From: Nemertoderma westbladi
Lineage: Eukaryota > Animalia > Xenacoelomorpha
DNA length: 64,000 nucleotides
NCBI GenBank assembly: GCA_032718475.1
Contig: JAUCBJ010007706.1
Location: 1-64,000, forward strand
Direction of reading: 5' to 3'
In this document: positions 1-14,000 of the stretch, in pieces
Layout: each line of letters begins with the position of its first letter
Position numbering within the stretch: the stretch's first letter is position 1
Notes under the pieces: model-generated
Seen by the model: only the letters and a program-made list of their open reading frames with translations
The model's database searches: none
Told to the model about the DNA's origin: nothing
Position numbers and translations under genes: made by a program

Positions 1-70
1 GAATTAAATTATTCCCGGTAATATTAGGGTGTGCTACTAGGCTACTATCGCTTTTTTATTAAACATTCAG

Positions 71-920
71 GGAATTTAAACATCATCCGAGAACCGAGCG
101 CCGACGGTACAACCTACACCAACGGCCGCCGTGGGAGGACCCAAGGAATAGTCCAGGGGAACCCATATTCCGTAGGAAGGATCCAAAACGGAAGTACACC
201 AGGGAGGAATACAAGAGACTCAAAGAGATGCCGGGAGTTCCTCACCCATTGGAACCGGATCTGCAGACATACCACGAGGAGAGGGTGAGACGGTACTACA
301 CGGAACTGCAGGATCCGGAAGGGGGTAAGAAGTTATGGACCCGGCCTCTCTTCCAAACGCAACACCCCGAGCAGTGCTCCTACTGCCGTCACCGCTACCC
401 AAGGGACACACCCCCGGAGAGCTTGCCGTGGTATTTCCCGAAGGACAGTTTGTCTTCGCATCCCTTCCATCCGCGGTACGGGGATCGGGTTACCGAAGTC
501 GCTAGGGAATTATCCACCACCGATGGCTCTACCCTCCCCCTGGATTCTCCCTCCTCCCGACTATTCTCAGCCGCACGTCGTCTCGCCGCTCGCGTCGACC
601 CCTACCTCCATCCCTACGTACTCAACCCGCTCTGGTGGATCCGGGAGTGGTTTCTCGCGCCCGGGAAGCACGGCGTCTACCGTCTGGACTGGGCCCGTCG
701 CTATGGGGACCCGACGCCGGAGCAGTTACTCATAGAGGGCCGACAACGACGTCGGATGTACCGACACCCCGACATGAGTAAACTCTTGTACTTTTCTTAC
801 TTCTATATGTGGCGTGGGAACCGCGTATTGAACCCGAATCGGAACTTTAAGTTACACATTATCGTCTATTTCTGTTTAATTCCTTTAGTTTATCATATTT
901 TATTTGGAATTCGACTTTAA
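71..920 (+). CDS. Probable terminal coding exon of an unknown Arg/Tyr/Pro-rich protein with a C-terminal hydrophobic segment (possibly a retroelement accessory ORF)
   Basis: The frame of ORF 228..920 stays open upstream to ~63. A 3' splice site (tcgcttttttattaaacattcag|G) ends at 70. The region is GC-rich against AT-rich flanks, contains a CSYC motif and ends in IIVYFCLIPLVYHILFGI. No family recognised. Confidence 0.45.
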
Positions 921-1321
921 CTCTGATTATTATAATATATAATATCCCGTAAGTAAATATTCAGCGCAATAAATCCTTTGTAGTTTTATTTTAATTGATT
1001 TTTGATGCCGATACTCACTACTTTTGGTTGATAGAAATAAAAACGTATTTCCTTTTTTGCTAAATATCTTATCCTCCTAAATAAATACTAAACGTTTTTT
1101 TAAATCTGAAATCTGTTGGATTTATTTCAATATTTAACTAATTTCATTGTCCAGGTAATTTGTAACATCCCCGGGCTTCTTTGGGTCACTTTGACGTGGT
1201 CTCCATTGGGTGCGCCGATGGTGATTCTCCATATGAGTAGCGCATGTTGAATTATCGCGCAATTTTGGCGCAATCGATTATGGATTGGCCCTATTGATAA
1301 AGCCATTAAATCACAGTATAA

Positions 1322-1376
1322 AGCCATGCGTGGACTTCTCATCCCTAGTCCAAAGGTTGTGAGTTCGAGCCCGGAT
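1322..1376 (+). other. Degraded tRNA-like (SINE head?) fragment
   Basis: ccaaaggttgtgagttcgagcccgg resembles a tRNA T-arm/B-box. No complete cloverleaf is visible. Confidence 0.25.
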
Positions 1377-1639
1377 AAGTATTAATTAATTTTTGTGGAT
1401 TGCCTTTATTATTCTAATTAAATAAATATATAATAACCAAACCACATTACTGTATATGAAATTACAATGATTAAAGGCATGGAGTTAATGCCGCAAAATC
1501 ACTACAAAAACCAAATATTTAGTGTTTGGTGAGTTTATAAAATTAATTTAATTTAAAACAATTAGGAAAGAAGCAGGTTAACCAAAACAATAAACTGGGC
1601 TTTATATCATTGGGTATGAGTTTGTGCTGTGGATCACAT

Positions 1640-2319
1640 TTATACTGTATGTACAGTACCTAGCAACGGTAGTGAGGGGTTTCCTAGTAACGGATATGCG
1701 TTGTCTCTAAGTTCTCCTTCATTGTTGGCAATTCTGTAACCGAGTTGGAACAAAGTAGAACTAAAATCACAAGCCGATTGAATGTGATTAACCATCGGCC
1801 ACGACATATTGTTTCTCCAAAGGTCCCCAGCCGTACCTTTAGAGTCACCGCCAGCTCTTTTATCTCCCCACATATTTCTATATTGTTCATATAAATTCTT
1901 CATGCCATTATCGATAAACTCATCGACTTCTTTGCTTCTCTCCACTCCTATTTTCTTATATATTGCTTCGACTATGTGACGCGTATGTCCAACCATATCC
2001 TCATAGCGAAGTATCAGAGCGTTCTTCAACAACCATTGGTCGTTTTGCCATTGTTCTATATTATTGGTTATCCAATCACAATACTTCTGAAACACTAAGG
2101 TAGCGCCGGGAGACCCGTTGTTAAGTACCTCTTGTTTATCGGAGAATTGCTTATAGGATGAGAAGAATAAGGATCGAGGGTCGCGAACCAATAGAATCGG
2201 CGTTACATCGTGGGTTGGTGTAAAAGGTTCAATGTCAACTAGATTGTACAATCGAATGAGTTTAACAGCTACAACCGATTGTCGGTTACATTCCTCCTCC
2301 ACACCAATAGCGTTTATTT
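1640..2319 (-). CDS. Carbohydrate sulfotransferase (CHST1-7/GlcNAc6ST-like), 3' coding exon
   Basis: Acceptor ttttgtttttcttccttag|AA at 2320/2319. Encodes VAVKLIRL, the 3'-PB motif LLVRDPR, LRYEDMV, WRNNMS and LGY. The phase-1 join with the upstream exon gives G|AA (Glu) and a ~375-379 aa protein. Confidence 0.88.
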
Positions 2320-2509
2320 CTAAGGAAGAAAAACAAAATTGATAAGTTTTTAATTTTAGTTCATGATAGACAACTTTTTTAGAGGTTTTGCAATAATGAG
2401 CAAACGATAAATATATTAATTTTACTTGCATTTCAATAGTACATGTCAATTACAATCTGTTGTGGAATACAGTTATGAAGAAAATTTATACAACGATTAT
2501 GTTATACAA

Positions 2510-3240
2510 CAACGGTTGTCACCTTTCCTGTTCAATTTCTATCTGACATACCTATTCAAACAGTTCGAAAAGCCAAACCTTGGTATCCACATTAAAGATG
2601 TTTCTTTCTGCGCCATAAACTACGCTGATGACATTATAATCCTGGCGAACATGAAGTCACACCTCACTAGTTTACTGGAAATTTGTTCACAGTATTTCAG
2701 AGATCACAACCTCAAATTAAATGAGTCAAAGTGTCACTTCCTGTCCATTAACACCAAAGGCACTACGAACACCAATGACATGCTTACCCTCAAGGATAAA
2801 ACACTGCAATAAAAAAAAAGTGGCAAATATATGGGCATTCCCCACCCATCTCATGGCAAAACAATATCAAAGTTTGTAATTGGAAAAATTTGGGGCAATG
2901 TAGGTCTGATCTCGCACCGGGGTCTAACAATCAATCCCACTGGATGTAACTAAACTAGTTTGGAACATAATTTGCCTATCGAGCATTCTATATGGCTCCG
3001 ATTCTAGCTCTAATTTCTAGATAATAGAATAGCTAATAGATTCTGCTCTGATTCTGGCTCTAATTGACAAAATAGCTAAGGAGTTGCGTAAAGCGATGCG
3101 TCATATTATCGGAATGAACAACAGAATTTCAAACAAAGTGATATACAGTATCAGCTATTTGGAATGGACGTGGAATTACAGCTTAGATTGAATCAATTTC
3201 AATTAATATACAGATTATTTAATACAAAGAATCCTAAACT
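2510..3240 (+). mobile_element. Decayed non-LTR retrotransposon RT fragment inside the sulfotransferase intron (antisense to the gene)
   Basis: LSPFLFNFYL...INYADDIIILA...LKLNESKC, then KYMGI after a frameshift. Stops and frameshifts follow downstream. Confidence 0.75.
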
Positions 3241-3539
3241 ATAGCCTTTCTCTTTGGTAGTACATTGTGTTACCCTTGTGTGGGACCCTCAGTAGACATA
3301 TTTGCATCATATAATTTCACAGCGTGGAGATATTATAATAATCCGAATTTGTTATCCATTGCTTGTCCACCCTCCATATTCAACCAAACATTGTAGTCAA
3401 ACCGCAAAAATGGCCCAGACGGCGGATATCAGCCCCAAGGATCAATTCACCACTTGGTACTCGCAATCACTCTTGAACAATACAAACTACGCTATATCCA
3501 CTAGATTAATGATATTAAAGGAATTTCTAAATCCCCACA

Positions 3540-4100
3540 CGTAGCATTTTTCACATCTTTTGTGCCAGTGCTACGTCGCTTGATTAATAACAATTAATTC
3601 ACGAAATTTATTTTAATTTGATTTTAATTTTGAAATGTATATCACATAATAATATCTTAATGCCTAAAGAATAGTGAATGGTTTATTTCGAGTACTAACA
3701 TTGGCTTGAAATGCATACCGGTATGTATAATAATCTTCTAAATTCCTATACGCAGCATTTTTCACATCTATTTACTGGTGTCCGCGTAAAATCGATTTTT
3801 TGTATATCTGCTGTAAATATGTTTTCAGTGCAGTGCCATCGTAGCATATTTCACATCTATATACCGGTATCGTTTTTGGTTTTGTATATCGGCGGCAAAG
3901 AAGTTTTGGTACAGTGCCAGTGCTACGTCGCTTGTCTAATAGCAATTAATTCATGAAATTTATTTTTGATTTGAATTATGATTTATCATATGTATATCAC
4001 ATAATATGTCATATTGAATGGCTTATTTAGTGTACTATCATTGGCTTGAAAAGTATATTCATGTTGGAAAACATTGGCTTGAAATGTATATTAATGTTGG
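3540..4100 (+). repeat. Degenerate direct duplication (~350 bp offset)
   Basis: gtgccagtgctacgtcgcttg...caattaattca.gaaatttatttt occurs at ~3562 and ~3913; cattggcttgaaa is also repeated. Confidence 0.65.
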
Positions 4101-4788
4101 CCCCGTGTCATGGTATATCTTTGAACATACTGCCTACAATACTGCCTAATTTCTAATAATATTCAACATATGTGGCGCAACCGCCACATAATATCTACTT
4201 GTGGCAACCTAATAGAAATAGTATTATTTATTAGGACCAATTTATTCACTTTCTGATGTTATGTGCCCTTACTCTATTATTTTAAGCGTTATGTGCGTCG
4301 ATTTTAATGATTTTATTTGTGGCAATATTATAGCGCCGGGGACATCCCGGATTTTAATATAATATATATATGAACTTCACTCAATGTAGATGCTCCATGG
4401 GTGTGTTCCAGAATATTTTTTTAGTTTAAGGCACAGCGATATTTTTTATGGTAACAATCTTGTGAGGTTTAACGATAACGGCGGTTTTTATGCTTGTTAA
4501 TTTTTCGGGGTGCGGGCGGGTTAGATTTCTCAAAAAATGATACATACTGTATTTTGGAGTTTCGGTAACATAATTGCCTTCTTATTATTGATTTTCGGCA
4601 ATAAATATGTAAAACCAGTAATTAGTATTTTAAAATTTGACACCTTTATTTCGAACACTAAAATTTTCTTAATTGGAGGCACTTCCTGAAGTTGTACAGT
4701 ATGTGATGAAAATTGTCTCATCTGAGTCAAACTACCGGGGGGAATCACATATCGGCAAATTAATATCACTTATCCATGTTAAATCATC

Positions 4789-4945
4789 AATTAAGGGAAA
4801 GGAGCAGGTTAGAGTGAGTAACCAAAATAATAAACTAAAGTGACAGTTTTTTTTGGGAGTAATGTTGTAGTTATTTGCGCCGATTTTCCCCTGAAGTGGG
4901 ACGAATTTGGATTGGGTCGAGATTTCCACCCCCCCCCCCCCCCCC
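4789..4945 (+). repeat. Dispersed repeat, probable non-autonomous DNA-transposon end
   Basis: gggaaaggagcagg...aaccaaaa(c/t)aataaac...ttatttgcg.cga.tttcccctg.ag.ggga.gaattt...poly-C. Related copies at ~1560, 34106-34295, ~36232 and inverted at 62841-62896. Confidence 0.6.
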
Positions 4946-5057
4946 CTAGCCATACTTACCATTAGTTTAATTCTACTGTAGGCGGCCTACACACATGACT
5001 AATGGATAACATAATTTGTTGTATAAATTTTCTTTAACATATTAAATTACACATACC

Positions 5058-8000
5058 TACAGTATCCATACCTATCCTCCGATTACTATAACTTACCAGT
5101 TCATGTACTCGTACAGTATCCATACCTATCCTCCGATTACTATAACTTACCAGTTCATGTACTCGTACAGTATCCATACCTATCCTCCGATTAACTTACC
5201 AGTTCACTGTAACTTACCAGTTCGTGTATTCGTACAGTATCCATACCTATCCTCCGATTATCTTACCAGTTCCTGTATTCGTACAGTATCCATACCTATC
5301 CTCCGATTAACTTACCAGTTCCTGTATTCGTACAGTATCCATACCTATCCTCCGATTACTGTAACTTACCAGTTCGTGTACTCGTACAGTATCCATACCT
5401 ATCCTCCGATTACTGTAACTTACCAGTTCGTGTATTCGTACAGTATCCATACCTATCCTCCGATTATCTTACCAGTTCCTGTATTCGTACAGTATCCATA
5501 CCTATCCTCCGATTACTGTAACTTACCAGTTCGTGTACTCGTACAGTATCCATACCTATCCTCCGATTACTGTAACTTACCAGTTCGTGTATTCGTACAG
5601 TATCCATACCTATCCTCCGATTATCTTACCAGTTCCTGTATTCGTACAGTATCCATACCTATCCTCCGATTACTGTAACTTACCAGTTCGTGTATTCGTA
5701 CAGTATCCATACCTATCCTCCGATTAACTTACCAGTTCATTGTATTCGTACAGTATCCATACCTATCCTCCGATTAACTTACCAGTTCGTGTATTCGTAC
5801 AATATCCATACCTATCCTCCGATTAACTTACCAGTTCATGTATTCGTACAGTATCCATACCTATCCTCCGATTAACTTACCAGTTCATGTATTCGTACAG
5901 TATCCACTATCCATACCTATCCTCCGATTACTGTAACTTACCAGTTCATGTACTCGTACAGTATCCATACCTACCCTCCGATTAACTTACCAGTTCGTGT
6001 ACTCGTACAGTATCCATACCTATTCTCCGATTAACTTACCAGTTCGTGTATTCGTACAGTATCCATACCTATCCTCCGATTAACTTACCAGTTCATGTAT
6101 TCGTACAATATCCATACCTATCCTCCGATTAACTTACCAGTTCATGTATTCGTACAGTATCCATACCTATCCTCCGATTAACTTACCAGTTCATGTATTC
6201 GTACAGTATCCACTATCCATACCTATCCTCCGATTACTGTAACTTACCAGTTCATGTACTCGTACAGTATCCATACCTACCCTCCGATTAACTTACCAGT
6301 TCATGTATTCGTACATTATCCATACCTATTCTCCGATTAACTTACCAGTTCGTGTATTCGTACAGTATCCATACCTATCCTCCGATTAACTTACCAGTTC
6401 ATGTATTCGTACAGTATCAATACCTATCCTCCGATTAACTTACCAGTTCATGTATTCGTACAGTATCCATACCTATCCTCCGATGAACTTACCAGTTCAT
6501 GTATTCGTACAGTATCCATACCTATCCTCCGATTAACTTACCAGTTCATGTATTCGTACAGTATCCATACCTATCCTCCGATTAACTTACCAGTTCATTG
6601 TATTCGTACAGTATCCATACCTATTCTCCGATTAATTTACCAGTTCGTGTATTCGTACAGTATCCATACCTATCCTCCGATTAACTTACCAGTTCATGTA
6701 TTCGTACAGTATCCACTATCCATACCTATCCTCCGATTACTGTAACTTACCAGTTCATGTACTCGTACAGTATCCATACCTACCCTCCGATTAACTTACC
6801 AGTTCATGTATTCGTACAGTATCCATACCTATTCTCCGATTAACTTACCAGTTCGTTTATTCGTACAGTATCCACTATCCATACCTATCCTCCGATTAAC
6901 TTACCAGTTCATGTATTCGTACAGTATCCATACCTATTCTCCGATTAACTTACCAGTTCGTGTATTCGTACAGTATCCATACCTATCCTCCGATTAACTT
7001 ACCAGTTCATGTATTCGTACAGTATCCATACCTATTCTCCGATTAATTTACCAGTTCGTGTATTCGTACAGTATCCATACCTATCCTCCGATTAACTTAC
7101 CAGTTCATGTATTCGTACAGTATCCACTATCAATACCTATCCGCCGATTACTGTAACTTACCAGTTCATGTACTCGTACAGTATCCATACCTACCCTCCG
7201 ATTAACTTACCAGTTCATGTATTCGTACAGTATCCATACCTATTCTCCGATTAACTTACCAGTTCGTGTATTCGTACAGTATCCATACCTATCCTCCGAT
7301 TAACATACCAGTTCATGTACTCGTACAGTATCCATACCTACCCTCCGATTAACTTACCAGTTCATGTATTCGTACAGTATCCATACCTATTCTCCGATTA
7401 ACTTACCAGTTCGTGTATTCGTACAGTATCCATACATATCCTCCGATTACTGTAACTTACCAGTTCATGTACTCGTACAGTATCCATACCTACCCTCCGA
7501 TTAACTTACCAGTTCATGTATTCGTACAGTATCCATACCTATCCTCCGATTAACTTACCAGTTCGTGTATTCGTACAGTATCCATACCTATCCTCCGATT
7601 AACTTACCAGTTCGTGTACTCGTACAGTATCCATACCTATTCTCCGATTAACTTACCAGTTCGTGTATTCGTACAGTATCCATACCTATCCTCCGATTAC
7701 TGTAACTTACCAGTTCGTGTATTCGTACAGTATCCATACCTATCCTCCGATTAACTTACCAGTTCATGTATTCGTACAGTATCCATACCTATCCTCCGAT
7801 TAACTTACCAGTTCATGTATTCGTACAGTATCCATACCTATCCTCCGATTAACTGACCAGTTCATGTATTCGTACAGTATCAATACCTATCCTCCGATTA
7901 ACTTACCAGTTCGTGTATTCGTACAGTATCCATACCTATCCTCCGATTACTGTAACTTACCAGTTCGTGTATTCGTACAGTATCCATACCTATCCTCCGA

Positions 8001-11000
8001 TTAACTTACCAGTTCATGTATTCGTACAGTATCAATACCTATCCTCAGATTAACTTACCAGTTCGTGTATTCGTACAGTATCCATACCTATCCTCCGATT
8101 AACTTACCAGTTCATGTATTCGTACAGTATCAATACCTATCCTCCGATTAACTTACCAGTTCGTGTATTCGTACAGTATCCATACCTATCCTCCGATTAA
8201 CTTACCAGTTCATGTATTCGTACAGTATCCATACCTATCCTCAGATTAACTTACCAGTTCGTGTATTCGTACAGTATCCATACCTATCCTCCGATTAACT
8301 TACTAGTTCATGTATTCGTACAGTATCCATACCTATCCTCCGAATAACATACCAGTTCATGTATTCGTACAGTATCCATACCTATCCTCCGATTAACTTA
8401 CAAGTTCATGTATTCGTACAGTATCAATACCTATCCTCAGATTAACTTACCAGTTCATGTATTCGTACAGTATCCATACCTATCCTCCGATTAACTTACT
8501 AGTTCATGTATTCGTACAGTATCCATACCTATCCTCCGAATAACTTACCAGTTCATGTATTCGTACAGTATCCATACCTATCCTCCGATTAACTTACCAG
8601 TTCATTGTATTCGTACAGTATCCACTATCAATACCTATCCTCCGATTAACTTACCAGTTCATTGTATTCGTACAGTATCCACTATCAATACCTATCCTCC
8701 GATTAACTTACCAGTTCATTGTATTCGTACAGTATCCACTATCAATACCTATCCTCCGATTAACTTACCAGTTCATGTATTCGTACAGTATCCATACCTA
8801 TCCTCCGATTAACTTACCAGTTCATGTATTCGTACAGTATCCATACCTATCCTCCGATTAACTTACCAGTTCATGTATTCGTACAGTATCCATACCTATC
8901 CTCCGATTAACTTACCAGTTCATGTATTCGTACAGTATCCATACCTATCCTCCGATTAACTTACCAGTTCATGTATTCGTACAGTATCCATACCTATCCT
9001 CCGATTAACTTACCAGTTCATGTATTCGTACAGTATCAATACCTATCCTCAGATTAACTTACCAGTTCGTGTATTCGTACAGTATCTATACCTATCCTCC
9101 GATTAACTTTCCAGTTCATGTATTCGTACAGTATCCATACCTATCCTCCGATTAACTTACCAGTTCATGTATTCGTACAGTATCCATACCTATCCTCCGA
9201 TTACTGTAACTTACCAGATCGTGTATTCGTACAGTATCCATACCTATCCTCCGATTAACTTACCAGTTCATGTATTCGTACAGTATCCATACCTATCCTC
9301 CGATTAACTTACCAGTTCATGTATTCGTACAGTATCCATACCTATCCTCCGATTAACTTACCAGTTCATGTATTCGTACAGTATCAATACCTATCCTCCG
9401 ATTAACTTACCAGTTCGTGTATTCGTACAGTATCCATACCTATCCTCCGATTACTGTAACTTACCAGTTCGTGTATTCGTACAGTATCCATACCTATCCT
9501 CCGATTAACTTACCGGTTCATGTATTCGTACAGTATCAATACCTATCCTCAGATTAACTTACCAGTTCGTGTATTCGTACAGTATCCATACCTATCCTCC
9601 GATTAACTTATCAGTTCATGTATTCGTACAGTATCAATACCTATCCTCCGATTAACTTACCAGTTCGTGTATTCGTACAGTATCCATACCTATCCTCCGA
9701 TTAACTTACCAGTTCATGTATTCGTACAGTATCCATACCTATCCTCAGATTAACTTACCAGTTCGTGTATTCGTACAGTATCCATACCTATCCTCCGATT
9801 AACTTACTAGTTCATGTATTCGTACAGTATCCATACCTATCCTCCGAATAACTTACCAGTTCATGTATTCGTACAGTATCCATACCTATCCTCCGATTAA
9901 CTTACAAGTTCATGTATTCGTACAGTATCAATACCTATCCTCCGATTAACTTACAAGTTCATGTATTCGTACAGTATCAATACCTATCCTCCGATTAACT
10001 TACCAGTTCATGTATTCGTACAGTATCCATACCTATCCTCCGATTAACTTACCAGTTCATGTATTCGTACAGTATCCATACCTATCCTCCGATTAACTTA
10101 CCAGTTCATGTATTCGTACAGTATCCATACCTATCCTCCGATTAACTTACCAGTTCATGTATTCGTACAGTATCCATACCTATCCTCCGATTAACTTACC
10201 AGTTCATGTATTCGTACAGAATCAATACCTATCCTCAGATTAACTTACCAGTTCGTGTATTCGTACAGTATCCATACCTATCCTCCGATTAACTTTCCAG
10301 TTCATGTATTCGTACAGTATCCATACCTATCCTCCGATTAACTTACCAGTTCATGTATTCGTACAGTATCCATACCTATCCTCCGATTAACTTACCAGTT
10401 CATGTATTCGTACAGTATCAATACCTATCCTCAGATTAACTTACCAGTTCGTGTATTCGTACAGTATCCATACCTATCCTCCGATTAACTTTCCAGTTCA
10501 TGTATTCGTACAGTATCCATACCTATCCTCCGATTAACTTACCAGTTCATGTATTCGTACAGTATCCATACCTATCCTCCGATTAACTTACCAGTTCATG
10601 TATTCGTACAGTATCCATACCTATCCTCCGATTAACTTACCAGTTCATGTATTCGTACAGTATCAATACCTATCCTCCAATGAACTTACCAGTTCATGTA
10701 TTCGTACAGTATCCATACCTATCCTCCGATTAACTAACCAGTTCATGTATTCGTACAGTATCAATACCTATCCTCCGATTAACTTACCAGTTCATGTATT
10801 CGTACAGTATCCATACCTATCCTCCGATTAACTAACCAGTTCATGTATTCGTACAGTATCAATACCTATCCTCCGATTAACCTACCAGTTCATGTATTCG
10901 TACAGTATCCATACCTATCCTCCGATTAACTTACCAGTTCATGTATTCGTACAGTATCCATACCTATCCTCCGATTAACTTACCAGTTCATGTATTCGTA

Positions 11001-14000
11001 CAGTATCAATACCTATCCTCAGATTAACTTACCAGTTCGTGTATTCGTACAGTATCCATACCTATCCTCCGATTAACTTACCAGTTCATGTATTCGTACA
11101 GTATCCATACCTATCCTCCGATTAACTAACCAGTTCATGTATTCGTACAGTATCAATACCTATCCTCCGATTAACTTACCAGTTCATGTATTCGTACAGT
11201 ATCCATACCTATCCTCCGATTAACTAACCAGTTCATGTATTCGTACAGTATCAATACCTATCCTCCGATTAACCTACCAGTTCATGTATTCGTACAGTAT
11301 CCATACCTATCCTCCGATTAACTTACCAGTTCATGTATTCGTACAGTATCCATACCTATCCTCCGATTAACTTACCAGTTCATGTATTCGTACAGTATCC
11401 ATACCTATCCTCCGATTAACTTACCAGTTCATGTATTCGTACAGTATCAATACCTATCCTCAGATTAACTTACCAGTTCGTGTATTCGTACAGTATCCAT
11501 ACCTATCCTCCGATTAACTTACCAGTTCATGTATTCGTACAGTATCCATACCTATCCTCCGATTAACTTACCAGTTCATGTATTCGTACAGTATCCATAC
11601 CTATCCTCCGATTAACTTACCAGTTCATGTATTCGTACAGTATCAATACCTATCCTCAGATTAACTTACCAGTTCGTGTATTCGTACAGTATCCATACCT
11701 ATCCTCCGATTAACTTACCAGTTCATGTATTCGTACAGTATCAATACCTATCCTCCGATGCACTTACCAGTTCATGTATTCGTACAGTATCCATACCTAT
11801 CCTCCGATTAACTAACCAGTTCATGTATTCGTACAGTTTCCATACCTATCCTCCGATTAACTTACCAGTTCATGTATTCGTACAGTATCCATACCTATCC
11901 TCCGATTAACTTACCAGTTAGTGTATTCGTACAGTATCCATACCTATCCTCCGATTAACTTACCAGTTCATGTATTCGTACAGTATCCATACCTATCCTC
12001 CGATTAACTTACCAGTTCATGTATTCGTACAGTATCCATACCTATCCTCCGATTAACTTACCAGTTCATGTATTCGTACAGTATCCATACCTATCCTCCG
12101 ATTAACTTACCAGTTCATGTATTCGTACAGTATCAATACCTATCCTCAGATTAACTTACCAGTTCGTGTATTCGTACAGTATCCATACCTATCCTCCGAT
12201 TAACTTACCAGTTCATGTATTCGTACAGTATCCATACCTATCCTCCGATTAACTTACCAGTTCATGTATTCGTACAGTATTCATACCTATCCTCCGATTA
12301 ACTTACCAGTTCATGTATTCGTACAGTATCCATTCCTATCCTCCGATTAACTTACCAGTTCATGTATTCGTACAGTATCAATACCTATCCTCAGATTAAC
12401 TTACCAGTTAGTGTATTCGTACAGTATCCATACCTATCCTCCGATTAACTTACCAGTTCATGTATTCGTACAGTATCCATACCTATCCTCCGATTAACTT
12501 ACCAGTTCATGTATTCGTACAGTATCCATACCTATCCTCCGATTAACTTACCAGTTCATGTATTCGTACAGTATCAATACCTATCCTCAGATTAACTTAC
12601 CAGTTCGTGTATTCGTACAGTATCCATACCTATCCTCCGATTAACTTACCAGTTCATGTATTCGTACAGTATCAATACCTATCCTCCGATTAACTTACCA
12701 GTTCATGTATTCGTACAGTATCCATACCTATCCTCCGATTAACTTACCAGTTCATTGTATTCGTACAGTATCCATACCTATCCTCCGATTAACTTACCAG
12801 TTCCTGTATTCGTACAGTATCCATACCTATCCTCCGATTAACTTACCAGTTCATGTATTCGTACAGTATCAATACCTATCCTCAGATTAACTTACCAGTT
12901 CGTGTATTCGTACAGTATCCATACCTATCCTCCGATTAACTTACCAGTTCATGTATTCGTACAGTATCCATACCTATCCTCCGATTAACTTACCAGTTCA
13001 TGTATTCGTACAGTATCAATACCTATCCTCAGATTAACTTACCAGTTCGTGTATTCGTACAGTATCCATACCTATCCTCCGATTAACTTACCAGTTCGTG
13101 TATTCGTACAGTATCCATACCTATCCTCCGATTAACTTACCAGTTCATGTATTCGTACAGTATCCATACCTATCCTCCGATTAACTTACCAGTTCCTGTA
13201 TTCGTACAGTATCCATACCTATCCTCCGATTAACTTACCAGTTCATGTATTCGTACAGTATCAATACCTATCCTCAGATTAACTTACCAGTTCATTGTAT
13301 TCGTACAGTATCCATACCTATCCTCCGATTAACTTACCAGTTCATGTATTCGTACAGTATCAATACCTATCCTCCGATTAACTTACCAGTTCATGTATTC
13401 GTACAGTATCCATACCTATCCTCCGATTAACTTACCAGTTCATTGTATTCGTACAGTATCCATACCTATCCTCCGATTAACTTACCAGTTCCTGTATTCG
13501 TACAGTATCCATACCTATCCTCCGATTAACTTACCAGTTCATGTATTCGTACAGTATCAATACCTATCCTCCGATTAACTTACCAGTTAGTGTATTCGTA
13601 CAGTATCCATACCTATCCTCCGATTAACTTACCAGTTCGTGTATTCGTACAGTATCCATACATATCCTCCGATTACTGTAACTTACCAGTTCATGTACTC
13701 GTACAGTATCCATACCTACCCTCCGATTAAATTACCAGTTCATGTATTCGTACAGTATCCATACCTATCCTCCGATTAACTTACCAGTTCGTGTATTCGT
13801 ACAGTATCCATACCTATTCTCCGATTAACTTACCAGTTCGTGTATTCGTACAGTATCCATACATATCCTCCGATTACTGTAACTTACCAGTTCATGTACT
13901 CGTACAGTATCCATATCCACCCTCCGATTAACTTACCAGTTCATGTATTCGTACAGTATCCATACCTATCCTCCGATTACTGTAACTTACCAGTTCGTGT

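Noticed and set aside
2320-2449. N-terminal part of ORF 1640..2449
   Set aside because: Intronic read-through upstream of the acceptor; homology to sulfotransferases starts after 2319.
4953-4981. Extra donor-like ATG|GTAAGT on the minus strand suggesting a micro-exon
   Set aside because: The candidate exon is 16 nt, would break the frame, and has a weak acceptor; the two main exons already join in phase.
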